Below, one piece after another: positions 33,300 to 42,709 of a stretch of DNA of 64,000 nucleotides; positions within the stretch are counted from its first letter, which is position 1; each line of letters begins with the position of its first letter. The position numbers were made by a program, and so were the translations under genes. Below the pieces are notes generated by a model. That model did not search any database, was not told the origin of the DNA, and was given only the letters and a program-made list of their open reading frames with translations. The stretch spans positions 1-64,000 of the forward strand of contig JASFYR010000019.1 of NCBI GenBank assembly GCA_045047115.1. The letters run 5' to 3'. This DNA comes from Sulfurospirillum sp. Lineage in GTDB: Bacteria; Campylobacterota; Campylobacteria; Campylobacterales; Sulfurospirillaceae.

Positions 33300-34004
33300 A
33301 TGGATGAAGTTTTTAAGAAACCTATAGAAAAACAGTTTGAATTTGACGAAAAAATAGCTAGTGTTTTTGATGATATGTTAAATCGCTCTATCCCTTTTTA
33401 CGAAGATGTGGTTTCTTTGGTTTGTGACATCATAGCACTACATATAGAGGACAACTCAACTGTGCTAGATCTTGGTTGCTCTACAGCAAATACACTGCTA
33501 GCTTTGCATAGGAGATGCGATTACTCTATAAAAAGTATAGGATTTGATAGTTCAGAGGCTATGCTAGTGCAGGCAAAGAGAAAGATAGATGCATATGGCG
33601 CTGATATAGAGCTGAAGCTTGCAGATATACTGGATGTCAGATTACCAAAAAGTGATGTTGTTATAGCTAACTATATGTTACAGTTTATAAGACCTCTACA
33701 AAGAGAAGAATTTATAAAAAAAATTTATAATTCACTTAAAGATGACGGGATATTTGTCTTTAGTGAAAAAGTTATTTATGAAGATAAAAGATTAAATAAA
33801 AAAATGATTGATATATACTATAATTTTAAAAAGAATCAAGGGTACAGTGAATTTGAAATATCTCAAAAGAGAGAAGCACTAGAAAATGTTCTTGTGCCTT
33901 ATAGTGAAGAAGAAAATAAAAACCTGATTTTAAAATCAGGTTTTAAAAATATAGAAACTATATTTAAATGGGGAAATTTCGTCACTTTTTTAGCTATTAA
34001 ATAG
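33300..34004 (+). CDS. cmoA: Carboxy-SAM synthase CmoA
   Basis: FEFDEKIASVFDDMLNRSIPFY, DLGCST, LQFI, GYSEFEISQKREALENVL. Confidence 0.96.
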   Translation: MDEVFKKPIEKQFEFDEKIASVFDDMLNRSIPFYEDVVSLVCDIIALHIEDNSTVLDLGCSTANTLLALHRRCDYSIKSIGFDSSEAMLVQAKRKIDAYGADIELKLADILDVRLPKSDVVIANYMLQFIRPLQREEFIKKIYNSLKDDGIFVFSEKVIYEDKRLNKKMIDIYYNFKKNQGYSEFEISQKREALENVLVPYSEEENKNLILKSGFKNIETIFKWGNFVTFLAIK

Positions 34005-34241
34005 TTTAGGCTCTCTTCTTTTTATATGATTTATAACAGTTATAATTTCATCTAGCCCCATTTCGCTATCATCATCTTCATCAAATACTTCATCTATAGC
34101 ATCAAGATAGGCATCCACTGCTTTTTTTAGATTTTCTTTTTTAACTCCGGCGAAAAACAGTGCCGCATTTAGCATATCTGTTAGTTGTATCGCCAACTCC
34201 TCTATCTCTAGCTCAATATCTTGTATATCTTTATCTAGCAT
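33990..34241 (-). CDS. Small acidic hypothetical protein
   Basis: 83-aa ORF coupled to the DHH gene; I recall a similar small gene in the Campylobacter flhA locus. Confidence 0.75.
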   Translation of the reverse strand: MLDKDIQDIELEIEELAIQLTDMLNAALFFAGVKKENLKKAVDAYLDAIDEVFDEDDDSEMGLDEIITVINHIKRREPKLFNS

Positions 34242-35278
34242 TGTTTGCTCCTGTTTTTTTTTGTTATAACATCTTCTATCTGTTTTTTGATATTTTTATA
34301 TATGAAACTGTCTTTAAAATTTCCAATCAAACCACCGCTTGCATTTGGATGTCCACCCCCGTTTGCCAGATGCACTGCCATTTTACTTACATCCACTTTA
34401 CCATTTGCCCTAAGAGAGATTGTTTTTCTTGATGTGATATCCATAAAAAAATCAAAATCAGGATTTGCTTTCAGAAAGTCGTTTCCGATCACAGAAACAT
34501 TTCCTATATTGTAGGTAAGTATGCCTTTATAGCCCTTGTATTTAATCTGCATTTTATCTCTGTTTTGGCTTAGCATTTTAACATTTTGTTTTGATATTAG
34601 ATTATTGAGTGTATCATCGTTACTTTGCTTAAAAATCTCTTTTTTTATCTTATGTATATTTTCATCAAGTACAATGTGTGGATTTTTCTCATCAAAATAA
34701 GGTTGTATTTTGGTAAGTAGTTCAAACATATATAGACTATTCTCCTTTGGAAACATAATTCTGTTTATCTCTTTTGCTCCGCTTATGAGTCCTAGACAAA
34801 CCTTTCCTAATTCAAACTCTTTTTTATCATCAAGCCAGATATCTACAGCATTTATAACATCTGTAAGTTTGGAAAGTTTTTTATCTTCTTGAAAAATTGA
34901 TGAAAAAAAGTCATAAGCTATTTTAGTAGCACATCTACTGTCATCAAGATAATACCATTCAAAGTCATTTGCACAATTCTGCCCTGATTTGTGGTGGTCT
35001 AAAAGCAAAAGCATTATTTTTTCACCTGCAATTTTCACTCTTGAATCAAAATCCTTTGCTTGTTCCGGTGTTAAGTTGAGATCTGTTACAAGTATGATAT
35101 TTTTTTCATAGCCATCACTGTTTATATCATTGAAAATTTCTTCAAACCTTTCGTTTATCTCTTTACCATAGTTTGAATTATAAAATTTTATATTATCAAA
35201 ATATTTGTTTGTGACCATTTGGCATCCATATCCATCTAGATCAGTATGCGATAAATGGTACACTTTGTAATTGTTCAT
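34235..35278 (-). CDS. DHH/DHHA1 family phosphoesterase
   Basis: SHTDLDG, TD, LDHH, SLR, GGGHPNASG. Confidence 0.92.
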   Translation of the reverse strand: MNNYKVYHLSHTDLDGYGCQMVTNKYFDNIKFYNSNYGKEINERFEEIFNDINSDGYEKNIILVTDLNLTPEQAKDFDSRVKIAGEKIMLLLLDHHKSGQNCANDFEWYYLDDSRCATKIAYDFFSSIFQEDKKLSKLTDVINAVDIWLDDKKEFELGKVCLGLISGAKEINRIMFPKENSLYMFELLTKIQPYFDEKNPHIVLDENIHKIKKEIFKQSNDDTLNNLISKQNVKMLSQNRDKMQIKYKGYKGILTYNIGNVSVIGNDFLKANPDFDFFMDITSRKTISLRANGKVDVSKMAVHLANGGGHPNASGGLIGNFKDSFIYKNIKKQIEDVITKKNRSKQC

Positions 35279-35287
35279 TAATTTCCT

Positions 35288-37465
35288 TTACAGATTTTCT
35301 ATTTCAATAGTCCCGACTACTTCAAATTTTGCATTTGTATCAATCTCGGCATGACTCAATACGACAACATCAAGATTAAATTTTTCAAAAATGTCATTTA
35401 AAGATTTTCTTAGAAGCGGATCAACTACTATGATGACCGGTGCGATTCCTTTTTGTAAAACTTTGCTTGCTTCATCACTGACAACTTTCACTAGCTCGTT
35501 AATCTGTCCAATATTTAGAATTAGATCTCTCACTCCTTCTCTGTCGTGAAGTGCATCCAGCATTTTTTGTTCCGTATTTGCATTAAAAGTCAACAGTTTT
35601 ATAAAACCCTCTTCATCTTTGTACATTTTTGTGATTATGCGAGAGAGATGAGATCTCACCTGTTCGGTTATAATCTCAACATTTCTTGTTATTTCGGCAA
35701 CATCACTTATGGTTTCCAAAATAGTCAGCATATCTTTGATTGGTATTTTTTCGTGTAGAAGTGCTTTTAAAACTTTCTGTATAAGTCCTATATTTGCAAC
35801 TTTAAGACAGTCTTCCACAACTACTGGAAAATTGTCTTTTGTTTTATCTACGAGTGACTGTACATCCTGCCTTGTTAAGAGCTCTTCTGAGTATTTTTTG
35901 ATGAGCTCGCTTAAGTGTGTAGATATCACAGTAGCAGGATCAACGATGGTGTATCCTTTTATGATGGCATCCTCTTTCATGTCAGCATTGATCCACAAAG
36001 CATCGAGTCCAAATGCCGGCTCTTTTGTAGCAATGCCTTCTATTTTATCTATGACCAGACCGCTATCCATAGCCAAAAACTTATCGGGATATATATCTCC
36101 ACTGCCTATTTCCGCACCTTTTAGGAGAAGTTGATACTGGTTTGGCTGTAAGTGTAGATTGTCTCTTATTCGAACTTGAGGTATGAGGTAGCCATAATCA
36201 GTAGCTATTTTTCTTCGCATGCTTTTTATTCGATCCAGCAAGTCTCCACCTTGCACAGGGTCGGCTAATTTTATGAGCTGATACCCTAAATCAAGCTCCA
36301 AAATTTCAATTTTCAGTATATCGTTTAGTGCATCTTCTTCCTCTTTTTTTAGCTCTTGAGCTGATTTTTTTTGAGGTTTTGAACTTGGCGCGTCTATTTT
36401 GGCCTCTTTGCTTGTAGTTTGATTTGGACTAAAGAAGTTTTTGATAGAAAAATCATCTTGTGCAGCTTTTTTGATAAAGTATGACAGTGTAAGAAATATC
36501 ATGCCTACAAATCCAAGTGATATAGTTGGAAGACCGGGTACTAATGCAAACATTATGAGTATTAAGCCAACGATAAAAAGGGTCTTATAGTCGCTAAAAA
36601 GTTGGTTGACTGCTCCTGTGGCAAAATTTTCATCATCTTTGTTTGCTCTTGTGATGATTATACCTGTTGCTGTAGAGATTATCAAGGCCGGTAGTTGAGA
36701 TACGAGTCCGTCACCTATAGTTAATATAGTATATGTTTTTGCACTGGTAGCAAGATTAAGATCGTATTGAAATGCACCTATAAGAAAACCACCAATTATG
36801 TTTATAATCGTGATGATTATACCTGCTACTGCATCACCTTTGACAAATTTGCTAGAACCGTCCATTGCCCCATAAAAACTAGCTTCCTGGATGATGTCTT
36901 CTCTTCTTTCTCTTGCTGTTTTCTCATCAATTAAGCCCGCATTTAGATCTGCATCAATTGCCATCTGCTTGCCAGGCATCGCATCCAGCGTAAAACGGGC
37001 GGCTACTTCTGCAACCCTTGTAGAGCCTTTTGTTATAACCATAAAGTTTATGATAACCAAAATAGAAAAAACTATAACTCCTATGACATAGTTTCCTCCA
37101 ACAACAAACTCACCAAAGCTGGCAATTATATCGCTGACAGCGCTGGGACCCTCATGTCCATGGCTTAAAATCATTCTTGTCGTTGCTACATTTAAAGAGA
37201 GTCTGTATAGTGTTATGACCAGTATCAAAGTGGGAAATGTTGTCAAATCTGTCGGTTTTGGTATATATAATGATATAAGAATAATTAAAACAGAGATAGA
37301 TAAAGATATGGTTAAAAAGAAATCAAGCGCAGCACTGGGTAGAGGTACTATTATAATAGCCAATATTGCAATTATAAAAATTACCATTGTTAAGTCTTTG
37401 GATTTTAGAATAAGCCTTAGTATAAGACCCAGTGGTGCCAAGAGATTTTTGCTGTTTTTTGCCAT
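35288..37465 (-). CDS. flhA: Flagellar export apparatus protein FlhA
   Basis: [53 protein letters not shown]. Confidence 0.98.
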   Translation of the reverse strand: MAKNSKNLLAPLGLILRLILKSKDLTMVIFIIAILAIIIVPLPSAALDFFLTISLSISVLIILISLYIPKPTDLTTFPTLILVITLYRLSLNVATTRMILSHGHEGPSAVSDIIASFGEFVVGGNYVIGVIVFSILVIINFMVITKGSTRVAEVAARFTLDAMPGKQMAIDADLNAGLIDEKTARERREDIIQEASFYGAMDGSSKFVKGDAVAGIIITIINIIGGFLIGAFQYDLNLATSAKTYTILTIGDGLVSQLPALIISTATGIIITRANKDDENFATGAVNQLFSDYKTLFIVGLILIMFALVPGLPTISLGFVGMIFLTLSYFIKKAAQDDFSIKNFFSPNQTTSKEAKIDAPSSKPQKKSAQELKKEEEDALNDILKIEILELDLGYQLIKLADPVQGGDLLDRIKSMRRKIATDYGYLIPQVRIRDNLHLQPNQYQLLLKGAEIGSGDIYPDKFLAMDSGLVIDKIEGIATKEPAFGLDALWINADMKEDAIIKGYTIVDPATVISTHLSELIKKYSEELLTRQDVQSLVDKTKDNFPVVVEDCLKVANIGLIQKVLKALLHEKIPIKDMLTILETISDVAEITRNVEIITEQVRSHLSRIITKMYKDEEGFIKLLTFNANTEQKMLDALHDREGVRDLILNIGQINELVKVVSDEASKVLQKGIAPVIIVVDPLLRKSLNDIFEKFNLDVVVLSHAEIDTNAKFEVVGTIEIENL

Positions 37466-37469
37466 ATAT

Positions 37470-37874
37470 CTAATTTTCTATCATATCTTTTAATGTAATT
37501 TTATCTAAAAAGAGGTCTATTTTCATTTGTAATTTGACTAAAATCGGCAATATTTTACAAAAATCTTCTTTCCCGCTCGGGCATTTTGCTTCAGGAAGTG
37601 AACATTCAAAAACTTTTGTTGGTTTTTTTTCGGCAGATTCTATAATTTTTTTTAAGCTCAAATCCTCAGGAGGGAATGCAAGTATGAAACCTCCCCTTGT
37701 TCCTTTGAATGATTTGAGAATACCCTCTTTTGCTAATGATTGCAAAATTTTTGCCAAAAAACTTTTGGAGATACCCAATTGGGTTGAGAGAGTATCAACA
37801 TCCTGGGGAGTATCCTTCTCTGAAATCATAATCAATGATAATAGTGCATATTCGCTAGCTTTCGTCAACAGCAT
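37470..37874 (-). CDS. Rrf2 family transcriptional regulator (three Cys)
   Basis: [29 protein letters not shown]-x6-C-x7-C. Confidence 0.92.
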   Translation of the reverse strand: MLLTKASEYALLSLIMISEKDTPQDVDTLSTQLGISKSFLAKILQSLAKEGILKSFKGTRGGFILAFPPEDLSLKKIIESAEKKPTKVFECSLPEAKCPSGKEDFCKILPILVKLQMKIDLFLDKITLKDMIEN

Positions 37875-37933
37875 TAAATACCTTTATATTAAATAGGATA
37901 AATATTGTACTAAATATAAACTAGATTTTCCTT

Positions 37934-37972
37934 TAATTTCAAAAAATAATTTCAACTTATTTTTTGAAATTA
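37934..37972. repeat. Perfect 16-bp inverted repeat in the divergent rrf2/rpsO region
   Basis: TAATTTCAAAAAATAA-TTTCAAC-TTATTTTTTGAAATTA. Confidence 0.85.
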
Positions 37973-38059
37973 TTAAAAGTTAGACTTATTTACACTTTTT
38001 AGATATAATACGAGCCCTTTTTCCAGGAAAAAGGAAAAATACCAATCAAGGAGGTCATT

Positions 38060-38332
38060 ATGGCTTTAGGTTCGGCGGAAAAATTGGAAATCGTCAACAA
38101 ATTTGGAAGAAAAGAGGGTGATACAGGTTCACCAGAGGTTCAAATAGCACTTTTATCTAAGAGAATTATGGATTTAACAGAGCATTTGAAAATTAACAAA
38201 AAAGACCACTCTTCAAGATTAGGACTTTTAAAATTAGTAGGACAGAGAAAAAGACTTTTAAGATATCTTAAAAAGACTAATTTTGTTAAATACACCCAAG
38301 TTATAAAAGAGTTGTCAATAAGAGACAAATAA
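38060..38332 (+). CDS. rpsO: 30S ribosomal protein S15
   Basis: [35 protein letters not shown]. Confidence 0.98.
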   Translation: MALGSAEKLEIVNKFGRKEGDTGSPEVQIALLSKRIMDLTEHLKINKKDHSSRLGLLKLVGQRKRLLRYLKKTNFVKYTQVIKELSIRDK

Positions 38333-38339
38333 ATCAAAT

Positions 38340-38368
38340 ATAAAGAGTCTGCTTTATAGACTCTTTAT
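38340..38368 (+). terminator. Terminator hairpin after rpsO
   Basis: ATAAAGAGTCT-GCTTTAT-AGACTCTTTAT. Confidence 0.7.
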
Positions 38369-38571
38369 CTCCTTGCTTCCAATACAATTAAATAAAACCA
38401 TACAAATAACCGTATAAAAGTGTTACAAATTGATATATAATTACATTTAAATGCATATAAAATATAGATTTTGTTGTATAAATTAACAGAAATTGAATAT
38501 TTTAGATATAATATTTGATATTTTATCACTATTTAGGTGTAATTAATTTTGTCTTGGTTAAAATAAACTCT

Positions 38572-38826
38572 ATGAAAACTAATGACATTTTTAATCTCCT
38601 TCATAATGCAGTAGAATCAAAATTTTTTGGTAAAAAAATAAGCCAAAGAGAGATGGCCCAAAGACTTGGTATATCTATGAGAACATATCAGGACTGGAGG
38701 CTGGGTAATTCTAATCCGCAGGCTGCCATAGCTATCTTTAAAATGTTAAGTGAGCTTGAGGATGAAGAGGTTTTGCGTATAACAAAACGAATCCGTTTGA
38801 GATTAAAGGAGGATTTGGATGAGTAA
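38572..38826 (+). CDS. XRE-family helix-turn-helix regulator (probably leaderless)
   Basis: ISQREMAQRLGISMRTYQDWRLG..P; ATG lies 7 nt after TGGTTAAAAT (-10 TAAAAT) and has no SD. Confidence 0.85.
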   Translation: MKTNDIFNLLHNAVESKFFGKKISQREMAQRLGISMRTYQDWRLGNSNPQAAIAIFKMLSELEDEEVLRITKRIRLRLKEDLDE

Positions 38827-38992
38827 TTTGACAAAAAATGAAAAACAGGCACTTAATGACCTGTTTGCCTCTCTGAAAGAGAAAAGAAACTCGCTCGAAC
38901 ATGTCAAAAACAGTAAAAGAACTCTTGTCTTTGTTTTTGGTTTTCTCTTTAAATTTAAAAAAGCTGCTTCTAGTCTGCGTAATCACTCTTGA
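38819..38992 (+). CDS. Small basic protein, 57 aa, coupled to the XRE gene
   Basis: SD AAGGAGG; ATG overlaps the XRE 3' end; MSNLTKNEKQALNDLFASLKEKRNSLEHVKNSKRTLVFVFGFLFKFKKAASSLRNHS. Confidence 0.6.
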   Translation: MSNLTKNEKQALNDLFASLKEKRNSLEHVKNSKRTLVFVFGFLFKFKKAASSLRNHS

Positions 38993-39095
38993 TTTAGAAT
39001 TTTCAGTTTATTTCCCCACTGACTAATAGTGTAATAAAATCTTCATATTTGTGCTTCTTGTTTCATTTTCTATATAAAATTATCTACTAAATTAA

Positions 39096-39144
39096 CTTTA
39101 GTCTACTAGACTCAAGAATATTACTTGACAAAACATCACTCAAT
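39096..39144. promoter_or_regulatory. Two HAIR-like (HspR) operators upstream of hrcA
   Basis: CTTTAGT-N7-ACTCAAG (39096-39116) and CTTGACA-N7-ACTCAAT (39124-39144) versus consensus CTTGAGT-N7-ACTCAAG. Confidence 0.75.
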
Positions 39145-39154
39145 GTTGTATAAT
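39125..39154 (+). promoter_or_regulatory. Sigma70 promoter of hrcA-grpE-dnaK
   Basis: TTGACA-N18-TATAAT. Confidence 0.8.
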
Positions 39155-39158
39155 TCCA

Positions 39159-39185
39159 TCAGCAATTAAAAGATAAGAGTGCTAA
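39159..39185. promoter_or_regulatory. CIRCE element (HrcA operator)
   Basis: TCAGCAATT-N9-GAGTGCTAA versus TTAGCACTC-N9-GAGTGCTAA; right arm perfect. Confidence 0.8.
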
Positions 39186-39210
39186 TCAACCAATTAGGAA
39201 GTTAAATTAG

Positions 39211-40008
39211 ATGAAGTTGTCTAAGAGAGAGATAATTTTAGAGTCAATTATAAAAGAGTACTTGAAGTCAAAAAACCCTATAGGTTCAAGTGAACTTCAA
39301 GAAAGAATGATGCTAGATATTTCTCCCTCAACTATAAGAATTTACTTCAAAAAACTCTCGCAAGAGGGTTCGTTGGTGCAGTTGCATGTCAGTAGCGGAA
39401 GAATTCCAACTCATAGAGCACTTAGGAATTATTGGGTGAGTAAGATAGAGCCCGAGAAGCCTATAGAGATTGATGATATACAGGGGATTCAAAACGCCAT
39501 AAGAGATTATGGTTTGTATTGTATCTTGAAAAAAACTAAAAACTCTATATTTAATGAGTTGATGAGTGTTGGTAAACGCTTTTTGATATTGGTGTTTGAT
39601 GATGAGGAAATTGTTATCAAATATCATCCAAAGATTGAGATTTTTTTAAATGACTTCATAGGTTACAGTATGAAAGATTTGAAGAAAATTGCAAGTTCTG
39701 TCGGTTTATTTGAGTTATATAGTAAGCTAAACAGCGTTCTTTTGCAAGATGCTTTACTAAAAGAAGGTGTAAATGAGCTGTATGATATAGCTCAAGAGTT
39801 AAACGATGAGACATTTATACAAAGAGTTGTTGAGCCAAATTTTTTGGATTCGCTTGGTATTGGTGTCTATTTTGATGATTTTGTACCAAGAGGATGTATG
39901 GCGGTAAAACATAATGCAGTGATTAATGAAGAGTCTCTGCAAATGTTTTGCTTAGGCAGGTTAGACAGTGACTTTGAAAGCTTTTTTAAAAGGAGTAAAA
40001 ATGAGTAA
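39211..40008 (+). CDS. hrcA: Heat-inducible transcription repressor HrcA (short epsilon type)
   Basis: ILESIIKEYL...PIGS, SPSTIR, LVQLHVSSGRIPT; upstream of grpE-dnaK. Confidence 0.93.
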   Translation: MKLSKREIILESIIKEYLKSKNPIGSSELQERMMLDISPSTIRIYFKKLSQEGSLVQLHVSSGRIPTHRALRNYWVSKIEPEKPIEIDDIQGIQNAIRDYGLYCILKKTKNSIFNELMSVGKRFLILVFDDEEIVIKYHPKIEIFLNDFIGYSMKDLKKIASSVGLFELYSKLNSVLLQDALLKEGVNELYDIAQELNDETFIQRVVEPNFLDSLGIGVYFDDFVPRGCMAVKHNAVINEESLQMFCLGRLDSDFESFFKRSKNE

Positions 40009-40549
40009 AGAAAAAGAAAAAGATTTATCAGAGAAATTTGATGAAAAAGATACATTAAGCGAAGCAGAGGAGAACTCGACCAATGTTGACGAGATAGAAG
40101 TGCTGAATCAAAAACTTCAAGAGTGTGAAGATAAGTATCTCAGGATTAATGCGGACTTTGAAAATATAAAAAGAAGAATGGAAAAAGAAAAAGCCGTAGC
40201 TATCAGCTATGCGCACGAACAGTTTGCAAGAGATTTATTGCCTATTATCGACTCGCTTGATATGGCTTTAAATACTTGTAAAAATGATAAGTGCGATGTG
40301 AGTGAAAACCTTTTGGACAAGGTCAAGGAGGGAATTGATTTAACGATAGAGCAATTTAAAAAGACATTTGAAAAACATGGAATTGAATTAGTAGACATAA
40401 ATGAAGGTTTTGATCCAAATTTCCATGAAGCAGTTATGCAGTTAGAAAGTCAGGATAAGGAGTCTGGTGAAATACTTGAAGTATTTCAAAAAGGCTACAA
40501 GATAAAAGACAGAGTGCTTAGACCGGCAATGGTAAGCATAGTTAAATAG
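40001..40549 (+). CDS. grpE: Nucleotide exchange factor GrpE
   Basis: LRINADFENIKRR, LLPIIDSL, FDPNFHEA, QKGYKIKDRVLRPAMV; ATG at 40001 with AAGGAG SD. Confidence 0.97.
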   Translation: MSKEKEKDLSEKFDEKDTLSEAEENSTNVDEIEVLNQKLQECEDKYLRINADFENIKRRMEKEKAVAISYAHEQFARDLLPIIDSLDMALNTCKNDKCDVSENLLDKVKEGIDLTIEQFKKTFEKHGIELVDINEGFDPNFHEAVMQLESQDKESGEILEVFQKGYKIKDRVLRPAMVSIVK

Positions 40550-40568
40550 AGTCTCTTGGCAAAGCCAA

Positions 40569-40701
40569 AGCTTTAGTAGCGTGTGAATTTTACGGGAATT
40601 CACTTCCTGTAAAAGATGACAGAGCGAAGCTTCTAGCCGATAGGCTTAGCTTTAGTAGCGTGTGAATTTTACGGGAATTCACTTCCTGTAAAAGATGACA
40701 G
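40569..40701 (+). repeat. Two identical 54-bp direct repeats (period 79 bp), each with an internal hairpin
   Basis: AGCTTTAGTAGCGTGTGAATTTTACGGGAATTCACTTCCTGTAAAAGATGACAG at 40569-40622 and 40648-40701. Confidence 0.95.
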
Positions 40702-40733
40702 TTAGATAAAAAAATTAATATAAAGGATAAGAA

Positions 40734-42611
40734 ATGGGAAAAGTAATAGGTATAGATTTAGGAACAACAAATTCATGTGTTGCGATTTTTGAGCATGGAG
40801 ACAGTAAAGTTATCCCTAACAAAGAAGGGAAAAATACAACACCGTCAGTTGTAGCATATACTGACAAAGACGAAGTTTTAGTTGGTGATACTGCAAAAAG
40901 ACAAGCAGTTACAAACCCAAAAAGAACCATATATTCAATAAAGAGAATAATGGGTTTAATGTGTGATGAAGATAAAGCAAAACAGGCAAAAGATAGATTG
41001 CCTTATGAGATAGTTGATAGAAATGGAGCCTGTGCTATAGAAATAGATGGAAAAGTCTATACACCACAAGAGATAAGTGCAAAAGTTTTAATGAAGTTAA
41101 AAGAAGATGCAGAGGCATTTTTGGGTGAAGATGTGACTGATGCTGTTATAACAGTGCCGGCATACTTTAATGACTCTCAAAGAAAAGCAACAAAAGAGGC
41201 TGGTGTGATTGCAGGGCTAAATGTTCTTAGAATTATAAATGAGCCTACAAGTGCGGCACTATCTTATGGCTTAGAGAAGAAAAATGCAGAAAAGATTGTA
41301 GTTTATGATTTGGGTGGAGGAACATTTGATGTTACAGTTCTGGAGACAGGTGACAGTGTTGTAGAAGTTCTTTCAACAGGTGGTGATGCCTTCTTGGGTG
41401 GTGATGATTTTGATAACAGACTTATAGATTATCTTGCAGACGAATTTAAAAAAGAAAATGGTATTGATTTAAAAGCTGATGTTATGGCTCTTCAAAGGCT
41501 AAAAGAAGCAGCTGAAAATGCCAAAAAAGAGCTTTCAAGCTCAACCGAAACAGAGGTAAATCTCCCTTTTATCACAGCAGATGCTAGTGGTCCTAAGCAC
41601 TTGGTTAAAAAAATTACAAGAGCAAAATTTGAAGCTCTTATAGAAGATTTGGTTGAAAAAACCATCGTAAAGATAAAAGAAGTTGTAAAAGATTCTGATT
41701 TGGATAAAAATGAGATTAAAGAAATTGTCTTGGTAGGAGGCAGTACCAGAGTTCCACTTGTCCAAGAAAAAGTAAAAGCGTTTTTTGGAAAAGATTTAAA
41801 CAAATCAGTAAACCCTGATGAAGTTGTTGCTATCGGTGCAGCCATACAGGGTGCTGTTATAAAGGGTGATGTTAAAGATGTGCTATTGCTAGATGTTACA
41901 CCATTGAGTCTGGGAATTGAGACTCTTGGTGGAGTAATGACTAAATTGATAGAAAAAGGCACAACTATACCTGTCAAGAAAACACAGATATTTTCAACAG
42001 CAGAAGATAATCAGCCAGCAGTTACTATCCATGCCTTGCAGGGTGAGAGAGAGTTTGCAAAAGATAATAAATCATTGGGACAGTTTAATCTTGAAAATAT
42101 TTCACCTGCTCCAAGAGGTGTGCCTCAAATCGAAGTGGCATTTGATATAGATGCAAATGGTATATTAACAGTAAGTGCTACTGATAAAGCAACAGGAAAA
42201 GCACAAGAGATTAAAATCACAGGTTCAAGCGGACTTGATGAAAATGAGATAGAAAAAATGGTAAAAGATGCAGAGCTTCATAAAGAAGATGATGAGAAAA
42301 GGAAGAAGACAGTAGAAGCCAGAAATCAAGCTGATGCACTTGCTCATCAAACTGAAAAATCTCTTGAAGAGATGGGTGACAAAGTTGATGCCGGAGAAAA
42401 AGCCAAGATAGAAGATGCCCTAAAAGCACTCAAAGATGTTTTGGCTAATGATTCTGCGACAAAAGAGCAGATTGATGAGAAAGTTAAGGCATTGACAGAG
42501 GTAAGTCATAAGTTGGCAGAAGCTATGTATAAAAAAGATGATGCTAAAGGCGCAGAGCCTAAGAAAGACTCTAAAGCAGATGATGAAATTATAGATGCAG
42601 AGGTAGAATAA
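40734..42611 (+). CDS. dnaK: Chaperone DnaK
   Basis: [36 protein letters not shown]. Confidence 0.99.
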   Translation: MGKVIGIDLGTTNSCVAIFEHGDSKVIPNKEGKNTTPSVVAYTDKDEVLVGDTAKRQAVTNPKRTIYSIKRIMGLMCDEDKAKQAKDRLPYEIVDRNGACAIEIDGKVYTPQEISAKVLMKLKEDAEAFLGEDVTDAVITVPAYFNDSQRKATKEAGVIAGLNVLRIINEPTSAALSYGLEKKNAEKIVVYDLGGGTFDVTVLETGDSVVEVLSTGGDAFLGGDDFDNRLIDYLADEFKKENGIDLKADVMALQRLKEAAENAKKELSSSTETEVNLPFITADASGPKHLVKKITRAKFEALIEDLVEKTIVKIKEVVKDSDLDKNEIKEIVLVGGSTRVPLVQEKVKAFFGKDLNKSVNPDEVVAIGAAIQGAVIKGDVKDVLLLDVTPLSLGIETLGGVMTKLIEKGTTIPVKKTQIFSTAEDNQPAVTIHALQGEREFAKDNKSLGQFNLENISPAPRGVPQIEVAFDIDANGILTVSATDKATGKAQEIKITGSSGLDENEIEKMVKDAELHKEDDEKRKKTVEARNQADALAHQTEKSLEEMGDKVDAGEKAKIEDALKALKDVLANDSATKEQIDEKVKALTEVSHKLAEAMYKKDDAKGAEPKKDSKADDEIIDAEVE

Positions 42612-42620
42612 TACTGTATA

Positions 42621-42646
42621 GGAGCCAATCCATTTTGATTGGCTCC
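42621..42646 (+). terminator. Terminator hairpin after dnaK
   Basis: GGAGCCAATC-CATTTT-GATTGGCTCC. Confidence 0.75.
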
Positions 42647-42709
42647 ACGATTTTAAAAATATTTACTTAGTTTTGATAAAATAATAGAATTTTATCAAAA
42701 GGTGCCTTT

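Noticed and set aside
38016..38034. CCTTTTTCC-A-GGAAAAAGG hairpin as an S15 autoregulatory leader
   Set aside because: The position is plausible, but a single low-complexity stem is not enough to assign it to a known S15 leader class.
40569..40701. Repeat-spacer-repeat as a CRISPR array
   Set aside because: Only two units, the 54-bp repeat is longer than its 25-nt spacer, the spacer is itself palindromic, it lies inside the grpE-dnaK operon, and there is no cas1 or leader.
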